Assembly: GCF_009834535.1 (NCBI RefSeq)
Contig: NC_045697.1
Location: forward strand, 44,704,001 to 44,768,000
Reading direction: 5' to 3'
DNA length: 64,000 bases
Source: Camelus ferus
Taxonomy: Eukaryota
Below the pieces are notes generated by a model. That model worked only from the letters and a program-made list of their open reading frames with translations. It was not told the origin of the DNA and ran no database searches. Shown here in pieces: positions 1 through 11,976 of the stretch (within the stretch, counting starts at the first letter, position 1; each line of letters starts with the position of its first letter). Made by a program: the position numbers and the translations under genes.

Positions 1-103
1 GAAACAAAAAAAAAAGTGTATATATAACTGAATCACTTTGCTGTGCACCTGAAACTAACACTGTAAATCAACTGCACTTCAATAAAAGATTTAAAAAAGA
101 AAA
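1..103 (+). mobile_element. LINE-1 3' end with A-rich tail (cut by window edge)
   Basis: ataactgaatcactttgctgtgcacctgaaactaacac...aatcaactgcacttcaataaaa, then an A-rich tail; typical laurasiatherian L1 3' terminus. Confidence 0.85.
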
Positions 104-232
104 GGATTATTTCCTGAGGATCTATGGCCAAAAGACTAAGCTAAATTTTGGGAGAGCCGGAAGTGTAACAGAATTGCTGCCCTCCGTGTCTGTTCGGGCA
201 GTTTAGTTGCACACAGAGGGGACAGAATAGCC

Positions 233-280
233 ATGGTAGAAGGGAGATTGGATGATGGTAGAAGGGAGTTTGGATGATGG
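233..280. repeat. 22-bp tandem duplication
   Basis: atggtagaagggag(a/t)ttggatg at 233-254 and 255-276, plus atgg. Confidence 0.9.
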
Positions 281-2109
281 ATGCCGGATGAGTTTCTATA
301 TAAAATACTCTGTGTTGAGTTTGGTAAAAGTAGAGAGTGAGCCTGTAGTTCCCTCCAACGCTAATACATGAAAACACTTTATTTACCTTCAATTTTCCCA
401 GATCACGGCTGGTGCTGCTGCCTTAATCTACCTTTTTTATGGGCAGTAAAATTCCAAGGTGTCATCTGGAATTTGAGAGCCATGCTCCATTAACACTAAT
501 GAGTGACTTATGGTTAAATCTTCATGGATCAGGCTGCACATCTCCCTGTAGGTATTGGTTCACATTTCATTTCAGTGGGCATCGCACCGGCTTGCACTCG
601 AATTGTTTGCATCATTTAACCTGTAAGGGTGTCCAACAAACCTATGATTTATGGCTTGGAAAGTGTTCAACTTAGTCCAGGTTGTTTTTGAAAACTTCTT
701 GGTTTCTTGTTTATAGTTTTACATTCAGGTCAAATACAATTATAAATTTCCAGGCCCCTCCCTTATTTCTTGTAGGATGTGGGTCAAGATACTTTATATA
801 TGGGCTAATAGGACTTGAAAGTGACTGCTCTAACAATAATGGAATCATATAAATTTACTTCTGAAAGCTAGAGGTTTAAGTTAAACCTCCCTGGCAGTTG
901 AGCTGCCAGACCATGTATTTTTGTCGTTGTGATGATTTGTAAAATAACCTTCAGGTTTACAGGCATGTGGGCGGGCAATTTTTAAAACACTTTCATGAAA
1001 AACCCAAGGGGCCTCCAAAAAATCGTATTTCCATTTCCTACTAAACTCTGAATAGTGTTTATATTAATTGTATCTACCTTGATTGCAAATGCAAATTTAA
1101 TGTCAGGAAACATTGTTGAGCTGTGTCATTCAAGGTTAACAAGAAGGTGTTCTGTTATATGATTTAGTCATAAGCAGCAGCTTGAGGCCTCAGCCTCCCA
1201 CCGCTAATGAGTCACCTCCAGATTTTCCTCTCAAGCTATAAGATTTTGAGCCTTTGAACTGCTGGGGGGGGGGTGTCTTTGTGGCTGTGTGTTTGCCCTT
1301 TTGTTTAGGGAACTGGTCCTCGCCGGCAGTTTCTTAACAAATCTAGTCTCTGTTGCTGTCTGTCTGTTAGATGGGGAGCCATTAATAATTGGCAATTTGT
1401 AGCTGTCACAGTGATGCTGGGGACTTTCCAGATGGCTTTTCCCTTTTTCTCTAGCAGGACTAAGACTTACGCTTATTCCCTTTGATAGGGTTTTAATCCA
1501 GCAGACATTGTTCATGACCCCGACCCACAGTAGGGACAAGACTTGGACAGCTCATCTTTGGTCTGGGGAAGGGCCTGTGTCTTGTTTTCCCTGGGACAGG
1601 CTCACATGCTCATCAGAGCTTTGACTGTCTGATTGAAGGACAAGGCTTCAGGAGTGTAGGAGTCGGGCGTATTAGGATGGACATGGTGGAAGTATTGGGG
1701 TGTTGCAAGTATGTATTTGAAGAAAAAAAGAGAAAGAAATGTCCCATTGAATTTTTGAAATAACTAGACCAACTGTGACGGGAACAGAAAGTAGGGAGAG
1801 GAGGGCACTCTGTTTCCTTTGGGCCGGTCTCTGTGCTGCTTGCAGGTGAGGCACCTAAAACAAGTTTAGATCAAGGACAAAATGGGAGTTTCTGCTATTA
1901 AATTTAACAGCAAATAATTTTCTCACATCCACCTTTGTTCCGCTTCTTGTTCTACTACACCTCCCACAGAAAAACAGGAAAAAAAATGGAAAATGTTTCT
2001 TCTGTGGAACGGACGAACGGTCCAGTGTCAAGCTTCTTTCTGTCTTGGACTGCCCTTTGACTAAAATCCTCCTTTTTGCCTTCACTGAGGTTTCTGCTTA
2101 GACATTACC

Positions 2110-2350
2110 TGCTTCCATGCTTTCCCTGACCTGCTCCATCCGAACTGGAGTTCCCCATCCCTGCCCTGCAGTATCCTCAGCCCCTCACTGCTTTCTGCTT
2201 CACGGCACTCATCACTCCCTGGGAACTGCTTATCCTCTGCCTCTTCTACCAGAACATAAGCTCTGTGAGGGCAGGGACTGTGTCTTACTGCTGTACCCTT
2301 AGCACCTAGTACCTGGTAGAAATTTAAAAAATATTTATCAAATTAATGTA
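2110..2350 (+). mobile_element. LINE-2 3' fragment
   Basis: agaacataagctctgtgagggcagggactgtgtcttactgctgtacccttagcacctag...aaatatttatcaaattaatg resembles the L2 3' end. Confidence 0.75.
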
Positions 2351-2419
2351 TTCATTTCTCACCTTAAATTCTGCCTGTGGAATCTGAGCCTCTATAAAAA
2401 TGCAACTCTGCTCTGCTTG

Positions 2420-2595
2420 TTACCTTATCATAGATGCCCTAGTCTGGATGTGCACTTTTTCGTATTTTCATGTTTCTGAAATCAGGATACATACTAAAAA
2501 TATACATTTAATTAGGTGGTGACTATCACCCATCACAGCTGTCCCTAAATTGATACACACGTTAACAATTAAATATGCCTTAGAATCAAGGACAT
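2420..2595. mobile_element. TcMar-Tc2-like (MER104/Kanga-like) DNA transposon remnant
   Basis: ttttcatgtttctgaaatcaggatac and terminal gccttagaatcaagga resemble a recalled Tc2-family MITE consensus. Confidence 0.45.
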
Positions 2596-3780
2596 TGTGG
2601 TAGACAGAATCCCCCCACCCAAAGGTGTCCATGCTGTCCTAATCCCTGAAACTTGTGAATGTGTTTCCTCACATGGCAAAAGGGACTTCGCTGATGTGAT
2701 TCAGTTAAGGATTTTAAAATGGAGAGATTATCCTGGATTATTCAGGTTGGCCCAATGTAATCACAAGGGTCTTTATAAGAGGGTGGTAGGAAGGTCAGAG
2801 TCAGAGAGGAAGATTTTTTTCCCCCATTTTATTAATGATAAAGTTTTTTTTTTTTTATTGAGGTATGGTTGATGTATAATGTTGTGTTAATATCTGGTGT
2901 ACAGCATAGTGATTGAATTATACACACATACACATACACACATACACACACACACACACATATATATATTCCTTTTCATATTCTTACAAGATGTTGAATA
3001 TAGTTCCCTGTGCTATACAATAGGACCTTGTTATTTATCTATTTTATATATAGTCACTACTATATATTTGTATCTGTAAATCCCGATTTCCCAATTTATC
3101 CCTTCCCACCCCCTTCCCCTCGGTAACTATAAATTTGTTTTCTGTCTGTGAGTCTGTTTTTGTTTTGTACATATGTTCATTTGTGTCTTTTTTTTAGATT
3201 CCACATGTAAGTGATATGGTATTTTTCTTTCTCTTTCTGGCTTACTTCACTTAGAATGATGATCTCCAGGTCCATCTATGTTGCAGCAAATGGCATTATT
3301 TTATTCTTTTTTAATGGATGAATAGTATTCCATTGTATAAATATACCACAACTTCTTTATCCAGTCATCTGTTGATGGACATTTAGGTTGTTTCCATGTC
3401 TTGGCTATTGTGTAGAGTGCTGTTATGAACATTGAAGTGCATGTGTGTTTTCAAATTAGAGTTCCCTCTGAATATATGCCCAGGGGTGGGACTGCTGGAT
3501 GATATGGTAACTTTATTTTCAGTTTTTTAAGGAATCAGAGAGGAAGATTTTATGATGGAAGCTGAAGTTAGAGTGACTCAGGACTGTAAGCCTCGGGAAG
3601 CAGCCTCTAGAAGCTGGAAAAGGCAAGGAAACAGCTTGTCCCCTAAAGCCTCCAGAAGGATCATGGCCCTGCCAGTCATTCTAGACTTTCACCTCCAGAA
3701 CTATAAGACAAGAAATTTGTATTGTTTTAAGCCACTCAACTTGTGTTGATTTGTTATAGCAGCCTTAGAGAACTCCTACA
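2596..3780 (+). mobile_element. MLT1-type ERVL-MaLR solo LTR, split by an L1 insertion
   Basis: Starts tgtggtagacagaat...cctaatccctgaaacttgtgaatgtg; resumes after the L1 with ctagaagctggaaaaggcaaggaaac...tgttttaagccact...; ends TACA at 3780. Confidence 0.9.
2818..3534 (-). mobile_element. 5'-truncated LINE-1 (3'UTR/ORF2 end) with 17-bp TSD
   Basis: Poly-T, then antisense L1 3'UTR (ttagattccacatgtaagtgat, gttgcagcaaatggcattatt); TSD tcagagaggaagatttt at 2801-2817 and 3535-3551. Confidence 0.93.
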
Positions 3781-3849
3781 GGTATGTTGTTACAGGCAAT
3801 ACACATATTACATTCTTGAAATTTTAAGTTCTATTTAATCTCTCCAACA

Positions 3850-4110
3850 AGGAGGGGTGAGAGTCAGTGGATACGTGTCCAGAGTCCCTGCCCCTTGATG
3901 GGAACATTCTGAGGCACGTTTCATGTCACCTCCCAGAGGATGCCCTTCAGGATAGAGCCCAGATTGCCCACAGCACTCATTACTGACTCTCTTACTGACT
4001 TGCCTGGCTACCATGTCTTCAAGCTTCCTGGATGACTTCCCGAATAAGCCTTTTGCACCCTAATCCTTGCCTCAGGATGAGCCCTAATGGGATGTCACCC
4101 TAGGCTCAAG
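3850..4110 (+). mobile_element. LTR16-like ERVL LTR fragment
   Basis: cctcccagaggatgcccttcaggatagagcccagattgcccacagc...ttcccgaataagccttttgcaccctaatccttgcctcagg resembles the LTR16 3' part. Confidence 0.65.
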
Positions 4111-4139
4111 AGCCCTGGCCCCAAACCGCTAGCCCCCGT

Positions 4140-4400
4140 CTTCCCCTCTCTCTTCGCCCCTGCTGCCCTCTCTCTGGCCCACCCAGCCACACGAGCCGTT
4201 ATTTAGAATCTCACCTGTTTCAAATTCCTTCCTCCATAGGCTGTTTGCACTTATTCCTCCTGCCTGGATGCTCCTCAGTAGTGTTCATCCTTTAGGTTCT
4301 CAATCAAATGTCACTTCCTCAAGGAGGTTTCCCTGGCCCTCCAGACTATGACTGTTTTTCTTGACCCTCCTGTACTTTTCTTACGTGGCACTTACTGCAA
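4140..4400 (+). mobile_element. LINE-2 fragment
   Basis: tttgcacttattcctcctgcctggatgctc...tcaatcaaatgtcacttcctcaaggaggtttccctg. Confidence 0.7.
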
Positions 4401-5024
4401 AGGAAATGAGTTCATTATTTTATGGGAAGAAGAGTATCTGTTTCTAAGTGGGTCTTGCAAAAGACTCGAACACATTTAGAGTCACGTGGTGTAGGTGTAA
4501 GGTAAGGTTTATGGAACACTCACGGTGGGGGGGCAGCGTGGTGCATCTGTTCTGGTCCTCTCACCTGCTAGCTGAGATGCGTGCTGGGCAAGGCGCGGCT
4601 GGACAAATCGTGGGAGGTGCTTCAAGAGAAGGCTCCTGCTGTGTACCATTCTTTTAAATAAGGTAACTGGGAGGAGAAAGGGGACAGCTAGTGAACACGA
4701 GACAGAGATGTCTCTCTTGTACCGGAGCTTAGCTGAATGTGTCATCCTAATTTTTAAGTGAAAAGCCCCATCAATTAAAAAAAACGTTGAGTTCACACTT
4801 CCCAATATATGTATATTTATTTATGTATCCCTGTCAAGTTAAATGTCAAAAAGTAGAGAAGCTGAATTTCTTTATGGAGATCATCATAAGCAAAAATAAA
4901 AATAAGCAAAAGTAGAAATGAAATTTTAAAAATAGAAAATTGTAAAATTTCTTTGTACATCCCGACAGATCATTTTGTCCGTGCCCTGAGTGCACACACC
5001 GCGAAGTGGAGATGATTGCTCTGG

Positions 5025-5190
5025 GGCAGTGCTTTCCTGAGCAGACAGGTCCCCTGGGAGCTGGTTAACAGGCAGACTCTGATTCAGCAGGCCTGGGCGG
5101 GGCCTGGGACTCTGCATTTCTAACCAGCTCCCCAGTGATGCCAGAAGAATTGGTTTGAGAACTGCACTTTGAGCCACCAGGCTCTAAAGC
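5025..5190. mobile_element. MER5A-like hAT-Charlie MITE (another Charlie-like remnant precedes it at ~4760-5020)
   Basis: gactctgattcagcaggcctgggcggggcctgggactctgcatttctaaccagctcccagtgatgc. Confidence 0.75.
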
Positions 5191-5581
5191 ATCTTGCTGT
5201 CCAAATATTCATAAGCTGCTGAAATTTCGATGATCAGGTTAAAAAGAGTGAGATGGTGTCTTCCATTATTTTGGAATGCTTTTCTCTGTCCTGGCTGTTT
5301 CCAGGTGGAATCAGTGGAATGTGTGTGACTCTCGCTGCAGTGTGGAATGATTGCCCGTCAGAAAAAACAAAAAGTGAAGGACAACTGGGCAAGGTAAAAG
5401 TCTGTTGACTCTTCGTTTCTCCTGGCCTTTACAATCTAATAATCTGTTCTTATTCCTCTGTAGGGATGGCAAAAACACAGTGAGCCCCGCGAACAGGGTC
5501 TATGCTGGCTGCTTCCCGTGTGCTGTTTCATTTCCGATCTGGCTCTAATGGCAGAAACCACACTGAACACAAAGGGACCCG

Positions 5582-5583
<2 letters not shown>

Positions 5584-5614
<31 letters not shown>

Positions 5615-5650
5615 TGTGTGTGTGTGTCTGTGTGAAAGAGAGAGAGAGCA
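5584..5650. repeat. (GT)n/(GA)n microsatellite
   Basis: Directly visible. Confidence 0.95.
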
Positions 5651-6869
5651 CCTCGGCCTTCTTTTTGGACCCTCCGTCTGATCTGTCATGAGGCCTGGGC
5701 CAAACCATTCAAGCTCCCTGTGCTCAGGGAGGCAGTGAGGATTTCCCAGTTAGTGACAGAATCTGAGTGATTTGTAGGCATTTGTGTGCTGATTGTCTTG
5801 CCCTCTAGGCATGAGCTATGTTGTATCAGGAGGGCAAGAGGGTTCCAAATAGATTTAATATTCCTTGTAAGAGCTTCAACCATCTGCCCGCCAGCTCTCA
5901 GTGTGAGCATAATATATGTTTCCAGAATCAAACACAAAGAGCCTGTTTCTCCGTCCTTCTTTTTCCTTTTTTTTCAAAGGCTTTTAGTTTGGATCATTTG
6001 TCTTTTCCTAGTCTTTTGGGATAGGTTACTAGGGTCGCCCTCTCTACAGTTATATTTGATTTCATTTTGTTTTCTGATTCCTCTGGTACATTTAAATAAA
6101 TGGTTTCCTCTTTCCTGATTTCCATGTACCCCCTACAGAACTGTACCCTTGAAATTAGTGTATATACCTGTGAAACCTTGTGGTACACCTGTGAGGTGGT
6201 AGGGATTGAACTGCAGGCATTCCCAGTGGGTACAGATGAGACTCTGGGCATCTGACAGTTCTTTCCAGGCTAAATCTGAATGCTGTTCTCCTGAGTGACG
6301 AAACTTTATTTTTCCCCCTTCTTTTAGGGGAAATTTTGTGACTGTTGATGGGCCTGCCCTAGTAGCTACAGCTCATTGTGGGACTAAAGTTATTTGGATG
6401 TTGGGTGTCTTTCACCTGGAACCCTTGTGTTGTTTAAAGTAATTGACATACGGGGATCTTAAGCTCTGAAAGTGATGAAAGAAAGGGAAGCCAATCAAGC
6501 AGAGTTCTTCGCTTAAAATCTCATTTAAGTTAGAGAAATTTAGCAGGAGATTTGGAAAGTTCTTTACATGAAAGTTGGGTGGGAGCACTATTAGGACTCT
6601 CCTAGCATTACTCAGCAAGCAAGTGTTGGGCAGGGAGTGACTGATGGAAAGTGAACTTGGAATATTGTCTTGTAAAGGCTTCAGGGCATAGGGGTCAAAA
6701 TTCTTCAGTTCTGCTAATTTTTATTTAGTCAGCAAAATTTGCATTGTTTTGCATTAGACAGTATATATTTTAAAACTGCTTTCTCTTTAAACACATTCTA
6801 CATTCCACATTTGGTTCTCCCTCCAGAGGGGAGGCTAAAAGAGCCTCCCTTGCTGCTCTTCTGGTCTAA

Positions 6870-7130
6870 TCGTGATGGGATGTAGGGGAAGGACCTGGGC
6901 ACTGGAGGACTGCCTGGATGCCTGGCCAGGCTCCATCTTTTTCTAGCTACATGACCTTGGGAAGGTAATAAACATCTCTGCGCTGTATTTTCCTCAGTTG
7001 TAAAGTAGGGATTATGATAGTGTTACCCGGAGGAGTTGATGAAATGATCACATGTGATTGTGCATAATAATATGTGTGAAGTGCTCAGCCCAGTGCCTCC
7101 CACACTGCACCTATTGTTGGCTGTTGTTAC
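6870..7130 (+). mobile_element. MIR SINE
   Basis: ctagctacatgaccttgggaaggtaataaacatctctgcgctgtattttcctcagttgtaaagtaggg core. Confidence 0.8.
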
Positions 7131-8730
7131 TGTCATTACCATAGAAATGAACGATGGGGAAGATTGGGAGTGTGGATTCCACATCCTGACTTGGCTGTTT
7201 GGCTGTGGAAGATGTTGTCTGAGACACACCTCTGCCCGGGGAAAATTGGAAGGTCAGGGCTGACAGGAGAAGGAACAGAGGAAATAGAAATATTATTTTA
7301 AAAAAAAGCTTCGGTCTAAGTACGTGGCTGTTATAAAACTCACGGAGTGGTACGGTTGGATGGGAACTGTCCTTTCCTTCCCTGCAGGCTGGTGCAGGAC
7401 TTGCCTTGCTTTCTCCTCCTTTCAACCCCCAAGTATTTAGATTTGGTCTGAATTTGAGTCTTTTTTTTTTTTTAATTGTGAGACTGATGGAGCCCTAAGG
7501 GTGATCTTGTCCAGAACTCCTTACTCTCACTGACTGTCTAGTGCAGAGTGGATCTGGGCCTCTGTGGATAGTTAGAACTGAACAAACCTTTAGGGGGATG
7601 GTGTGCTTTTGGCCAGAGCCAAGAGCCTGTCCATTCACTGTCGCCGCTGTCTTTCCTGTGGACTTTTAAGGACACAGGCCACACCAATTATGATAGACCA
7701 GTCAATGGAGGGATTTGAAGCAATGAAATGCAAACAAGAATGGTGTTTAGTTTCTGGTTCCCATGGGATCCCTTCCCACCGGGGAGTCAGGCTGCCACGT
7801 GTTCAGCTCTATCCCTGTAGCAGTCTGCTTTTTAGTGCCAACTTCCTCTGCCTGCTCCATTGTTTGTGGCCTGTGTGGCCACCATTGCTCCTGAGTGGTA
7901 CCACGGTCCTGGCCCTGGTGTTCCTTTGCCTAGTGTTGGCTATGCTCCTACTTGCTACTGGCCATTGGTGCACTTGGCCCCAGGGGTTTCATATGATGCC
8001 CCACTTCCTTCCCAAGTGAAAATGAACTCTGGCTCTTCATCTTTGAGCCATGGTTTCTAAGGGTGTGGCATAGCCTTGATGCCACAATGGGTTTTGTTGT
8101 TGTTATGCGGTATCAGTCCTCTCATTGTCATTGTGGTCACCTAGGCACTCTCACCATCACCAGGATGAACTAGGCCCTTTCCCACAAGCATAATGACACT
8201 TATTTAAGCCCCAAACTGGGAGGAGTAACTTAGTCTCTTATTATACCTGTAATATTTCCACTTTCCCATTTATTGATTCAATTTCTTCAGACTGCACCTC
8301 TCTCATGAGTCAAAATACAAGTTCCCTCCAGCACTGGGTTGGAAGATTATTAATATCACACTGAATGACTTAACCCCTTAAATAGTCCAATTTCCTTTTG
8401 TGCTGACCATCAGCCAATTATATTACTTAAACATTGAATCTTTCCCACATTAGACAACGTCTCCTTTCCAGCCCAGACAGCCAGAACAAGGCTGGGAGGA
8501 TCAGGTGTGTCTCTTTGTCTATTGAAGAGTCTCTAGCCATCAGTTTCAAATATCTTGCAAAGATTCTTCCAGGGAGCATCATTATAGCTTTCAAATAAAT
8601 AAACCTTGACATGTCCCTGTACCAGGACTGAAACCCCAAATTCCTGCATCAAAGGAGTAAGCTTGGCTGGGATGTGGGAGTGGAACCTAAAGGACATGAT
8701 GCTGGGCCCTTCTCCCTCCCTCCACCTCCT

Positions 8731-8734
<4 letters not shown>

Positions 8735-8800
<66 letters not shown>
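8735..8800. repeat. (TC)33 microsatellite
   Basis: Perfect TC run; explains the poly-ER and poly-LS ORFs. Confidence 0.97.
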
Positions 8801-8803
<3 letters not shown>

Positions 8804-8919
8804 CTCCCTCTTTCCTCATTTTTTCTTTTGTTTTGCACCTAGCTCAATAGAAGTGCTATTTTGGGGGGCAAAATCTCAGCCTTGCCATGATTTAGTGAAG
8901 ATGTGAAGGGGCACTGAAG

Positions 8920-9050
8920 AAATGACTCAATGGAAAGAGCATGGGCTACCAGGAGATTTAGAATATGGGTTCCCCTCTGTCAATATACTAGCTGTGTAAA
9001 CTTGGGCAAAAACCTTAACCTCTCTGTGCCTATGATTCTGTAAAGTAGGG
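8920..9050 (+). mobile_element. MIR fragment
   Basis: tactagctgtgtaaacttgggcaaaaaccttaacctctctgtgcct. Confidence 0.75.
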
Positions 9051-9986
9051 TCAGGGGAGGGAGAAGTGGTGGATTGGACTAAATTCTTAAAAACATTCTC
9101 TTTTAATGGAAATGACCTTCTAGCAACTAGTGATGGAGAAGGCTTAGTATATACTAGGCTTTCCCACCTACCTTCTGGTTAAGGAAGAATGGAGGTCCAG
9201 CCATGTGCTCACTTGTTGTACCAAGAAAGAAGTGAGGCAGTTATTAAATTTAAATCAGTAGTATTACTTGAGCACAGAAGATGGAACTGTTTTCCCCCAA
9301 ATTGTTTTGATTGCTGCCAGTAGCTGCTATTTGGTATGAAATCCATTCAGATCATCAAAAGCCAAAGGAACATACAGTGCATGAAAAGATGTTGTAATTG
9401 GCACCATTGTAACTCTGTACGGTGTGTGATCTTAGCTGGGAGGAAGGGAGGGCTGTCGGATAACTTGTAATCTAATTTTCTTTGTTGTAAAATAGAATGT
9501 TACTATTGTATTCCTGTGGAATAATAATTATACCATCTCAGCCAAATAGAGCGCCTTTCTCAGGAGGTGCTTAAAGAGCTCAATAGACATCCATTCAGCC
9601 TTGTAAACACAGGAAAACCTGGCTTGCTTGCATTTCTCTCAACTGAAAATTCCTATTAGCCAGCATCTCCCCTCATCTGTCCTACCAGGATAAATGATTT
9701 TTATGCTGGTGAACCTGACGGGCCAAGAGACACTGAAGTGCCTTCTGAATCATCAAAGAATTATGAAACCTTCAATGGAGTTTCAGTATTAACTGCAATT
9801 TATGACAGCCTAATTTTTTTGAAAAGTGGTAATTCACGTGTTGCATAGGTGATAATTGGTTGGAATAGTTGATTAATCAGACTGCTCTATTTTCTGACCA
9901 GACTGAAGTACAGTATTTACAGTAACTGCAACACTGGCTCTCAGTGGAAGCAAGGTAAATGAAACTAGTATTCTCTATCCTTACCA

Positions 9987-10550
9987 TTTTTTTAATGAGG
10001 TATAATTGACATACAATATTATATTAGTTTCAGATGTACAACATAATGGTTTGAGATATATATATATATAAATGATCACCACAGTAAGTCTAGTTAACAT
10101 CTGTTACCATACATAGTTGCATTTTTTCTGGTGATAAGAAATTTTAAGATTTACTCTCTTAGCAACTTTCAAATATGCAATACAGTATTAGTAACTAGAG
10201 TTGCCATGCTGTACATCACATTGTCATGACTTATTTACTTTATAGCTGGAAGTTTGCAGCTTTTGAGTCTCTTCACCCATTTCAGCCCCACACCCCAGCC
10301 CCAATCCCTGCCTCAATCTGTTCTCTCTAACTATGAGCTTTTTTTTGTTTAATTTTTTTTTTAAGATTCCACATATAAGTGAGGTCATATGGTATTTGTC
10401 TTTCTCTGTCTGACTTATTTCACTTAGCATAATGCCTTCAAGATCCATCCATATTGTCTCAAATGGCACAATTTTATTCTTTTTATGGCTAAATAATACT
10501 TTATTTATATATAAATAAATCATCCATTCAGCCATTGATGGAGACAGTAG
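9987..10550 (-). mobile_element. LINE-1 3' end (ORF2 C-terminus and 3'UTR)
   Basis: ORF 10224-10574(-) contains WMDLEGIMLSEISQTEKDKYHMTSLICG, a classic L1 3'-end translation; T-tail at the left. Confidence 0.92.
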
Positions 10551-11329
10551 GGTTCTCTGTGGCTTGGCAGGCATACATTATTACTCTTTCTGGGAAAATG
10601 ATCATTTCTAGAACTTATTCTTCAACTTCTACATTAATTTCTAAAATAAATGAGAACAGAAAATAGGTAAATTATAAAAATAGAATATATTGCTTCTTAT
10701 GGCTTTGCGATCCCCAGGGTCATTGTTGATTACTAGACTGTTAGCTCTTATAGTACAGGTGAGTATCTTTAAAACTTAATTTTGTATGATATTTATTACA
10801 GCCTCTTCAAAAACAGAGATTCCTTAAGGAGAGTATCAGTGCAGTAGATTTAATTGTGTTAATTGATCTATTCTAAATGTTTTATTAAAAGATAAGATCT
10901 TAAATCAATTAAGATTAACTTGATCACTTTTTTTTAAATGTCCAAGCTCTTAAAAAGAAGTATTAGAATTGGTGTTGTGCTCAGGTTCACTGCAAAGAAT
11001 AGAAAAACTCAGGAATATGTAAAGAAGAAAATAAAAAAATCCATTATTCCATCACCCAGAGAAAACTATTATTGCCTTTTGGTATATTTCCTTTCATTGT
11101 CTTCTTACGTAGACATGTAAACATTTTACATATAGTACAGGTACTGTATGCTGTCCCCCACCGACATTACATAAAGGAGATTTTCTAGGTGAGTTAAATA
11201 TTCTTTAAAGACATAGTTACTACTGACTATATTTATGAATCATCATTTATCAATCCAATCTCCTGTTATTAGACTTTAGGTGGTTTCCAAATTTTGCCTT
11301 TTTAATGCTTCAGTAAGTATCTTTGCTCA

Positions 11330-11780
11330 TTTGTTTGTCCATCCATTCATTTATTCAATCAGTTTTTACTGAGGACTGTGTGCCAGGCTCTGGGCCAGTA
11401 GTTGAGAATACAACATTAATCATAACCCTCCTAATAGCTAACATTTATTACCATTACTAACTATGGACCAGGAACCTTATTAAATATTAGTATGTTAATT
11501 ATATAAATATGTATTAGTATAATACTCATTCTAATAAGTTAGTATAATAGTATTAATTAAATCCTTATGAGGTAGGTATTATTATCTGTTTTCTTATTTT
11601 CTAGATAATAAAATAGAGGCTTACATAATTGAAGTTACTTGCCTAAAACACTAAGTTGGTACTTGGGAGAGCCAGAATTCAGTCCCAGGCAGCCTGACTC
11701 CAGTCCAGTTCTTTTAACCACAGTGGCTACTTTGTCAGTAAAAAAGACACTCCCTTGCCCCTACGGATGTGCAACAGTTT
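11330..11780 (-). mobile_element. LINE-2 3' end, split by MIR
   Basis: cattcatttattcaatcagtttttactgaggactgtgtgccaggc; resumes aaaaagacactcccttgccc at ~11740. Confidence 0.6.
11430..11730 (-). mobile_element. MIR SINE
   Basis: aatagctaacatttatt...ccttatgaggtaggtattattat...agttacttgcctaa...ccaggcagcctgactccag. Confidence 0.8.
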
Positions 11781-11925
11781 TAAATGTTATATTCTGAGTG
11801 ATTCTCTGATTATTTTCTTAGGATAAAGTCTAGAAATATACTGGGTCAAAGAGTACAAATAATCCCAGTGAACAATACTGTGGTCAAGGTCCTAAATGGG
11901 GCAGGACCGGAGATGACAAGATTAC

Positions 11926-11958
<33 letters not shown>

Positions 11959-11976
11959 CATCCATCCATCCATCCA
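11926..11976. repeat. (CTAT)n(CCAT)n compound microsatellite
   Basis: Directly visible. Confidence 0.95.

Larger units (their letters stand above)
10950..11860 (-). mobile_element. Ancient L1 (L1ME-like) 3' fragment, interrupted by L2 and MIR
   Basis: tccatcacccagagaaaactatt; aatctcctgttattagactttaggtggtttccaaatt; resumes ctgattattttcttaggataaagtctagaa...gggtcaaagagta at ~11805. Confidence 0.65.

Noticed and set aside
8370..8400. N-P-L-N-S-P-I, resembling the retroviral RT SPFNSPI motif
   Set aside because: Stops nearby and no other RT motifs follow; chance is as likely.
8533..8842. ORFs with poly-(ER) and poly-(SL)
   Set aside because: Translations of the (TC)n microsatellite.
10224..10574. 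116-aa ORF with a protein-like segment
   Set aside because: Translation of an L1 3' end, not a host gene.
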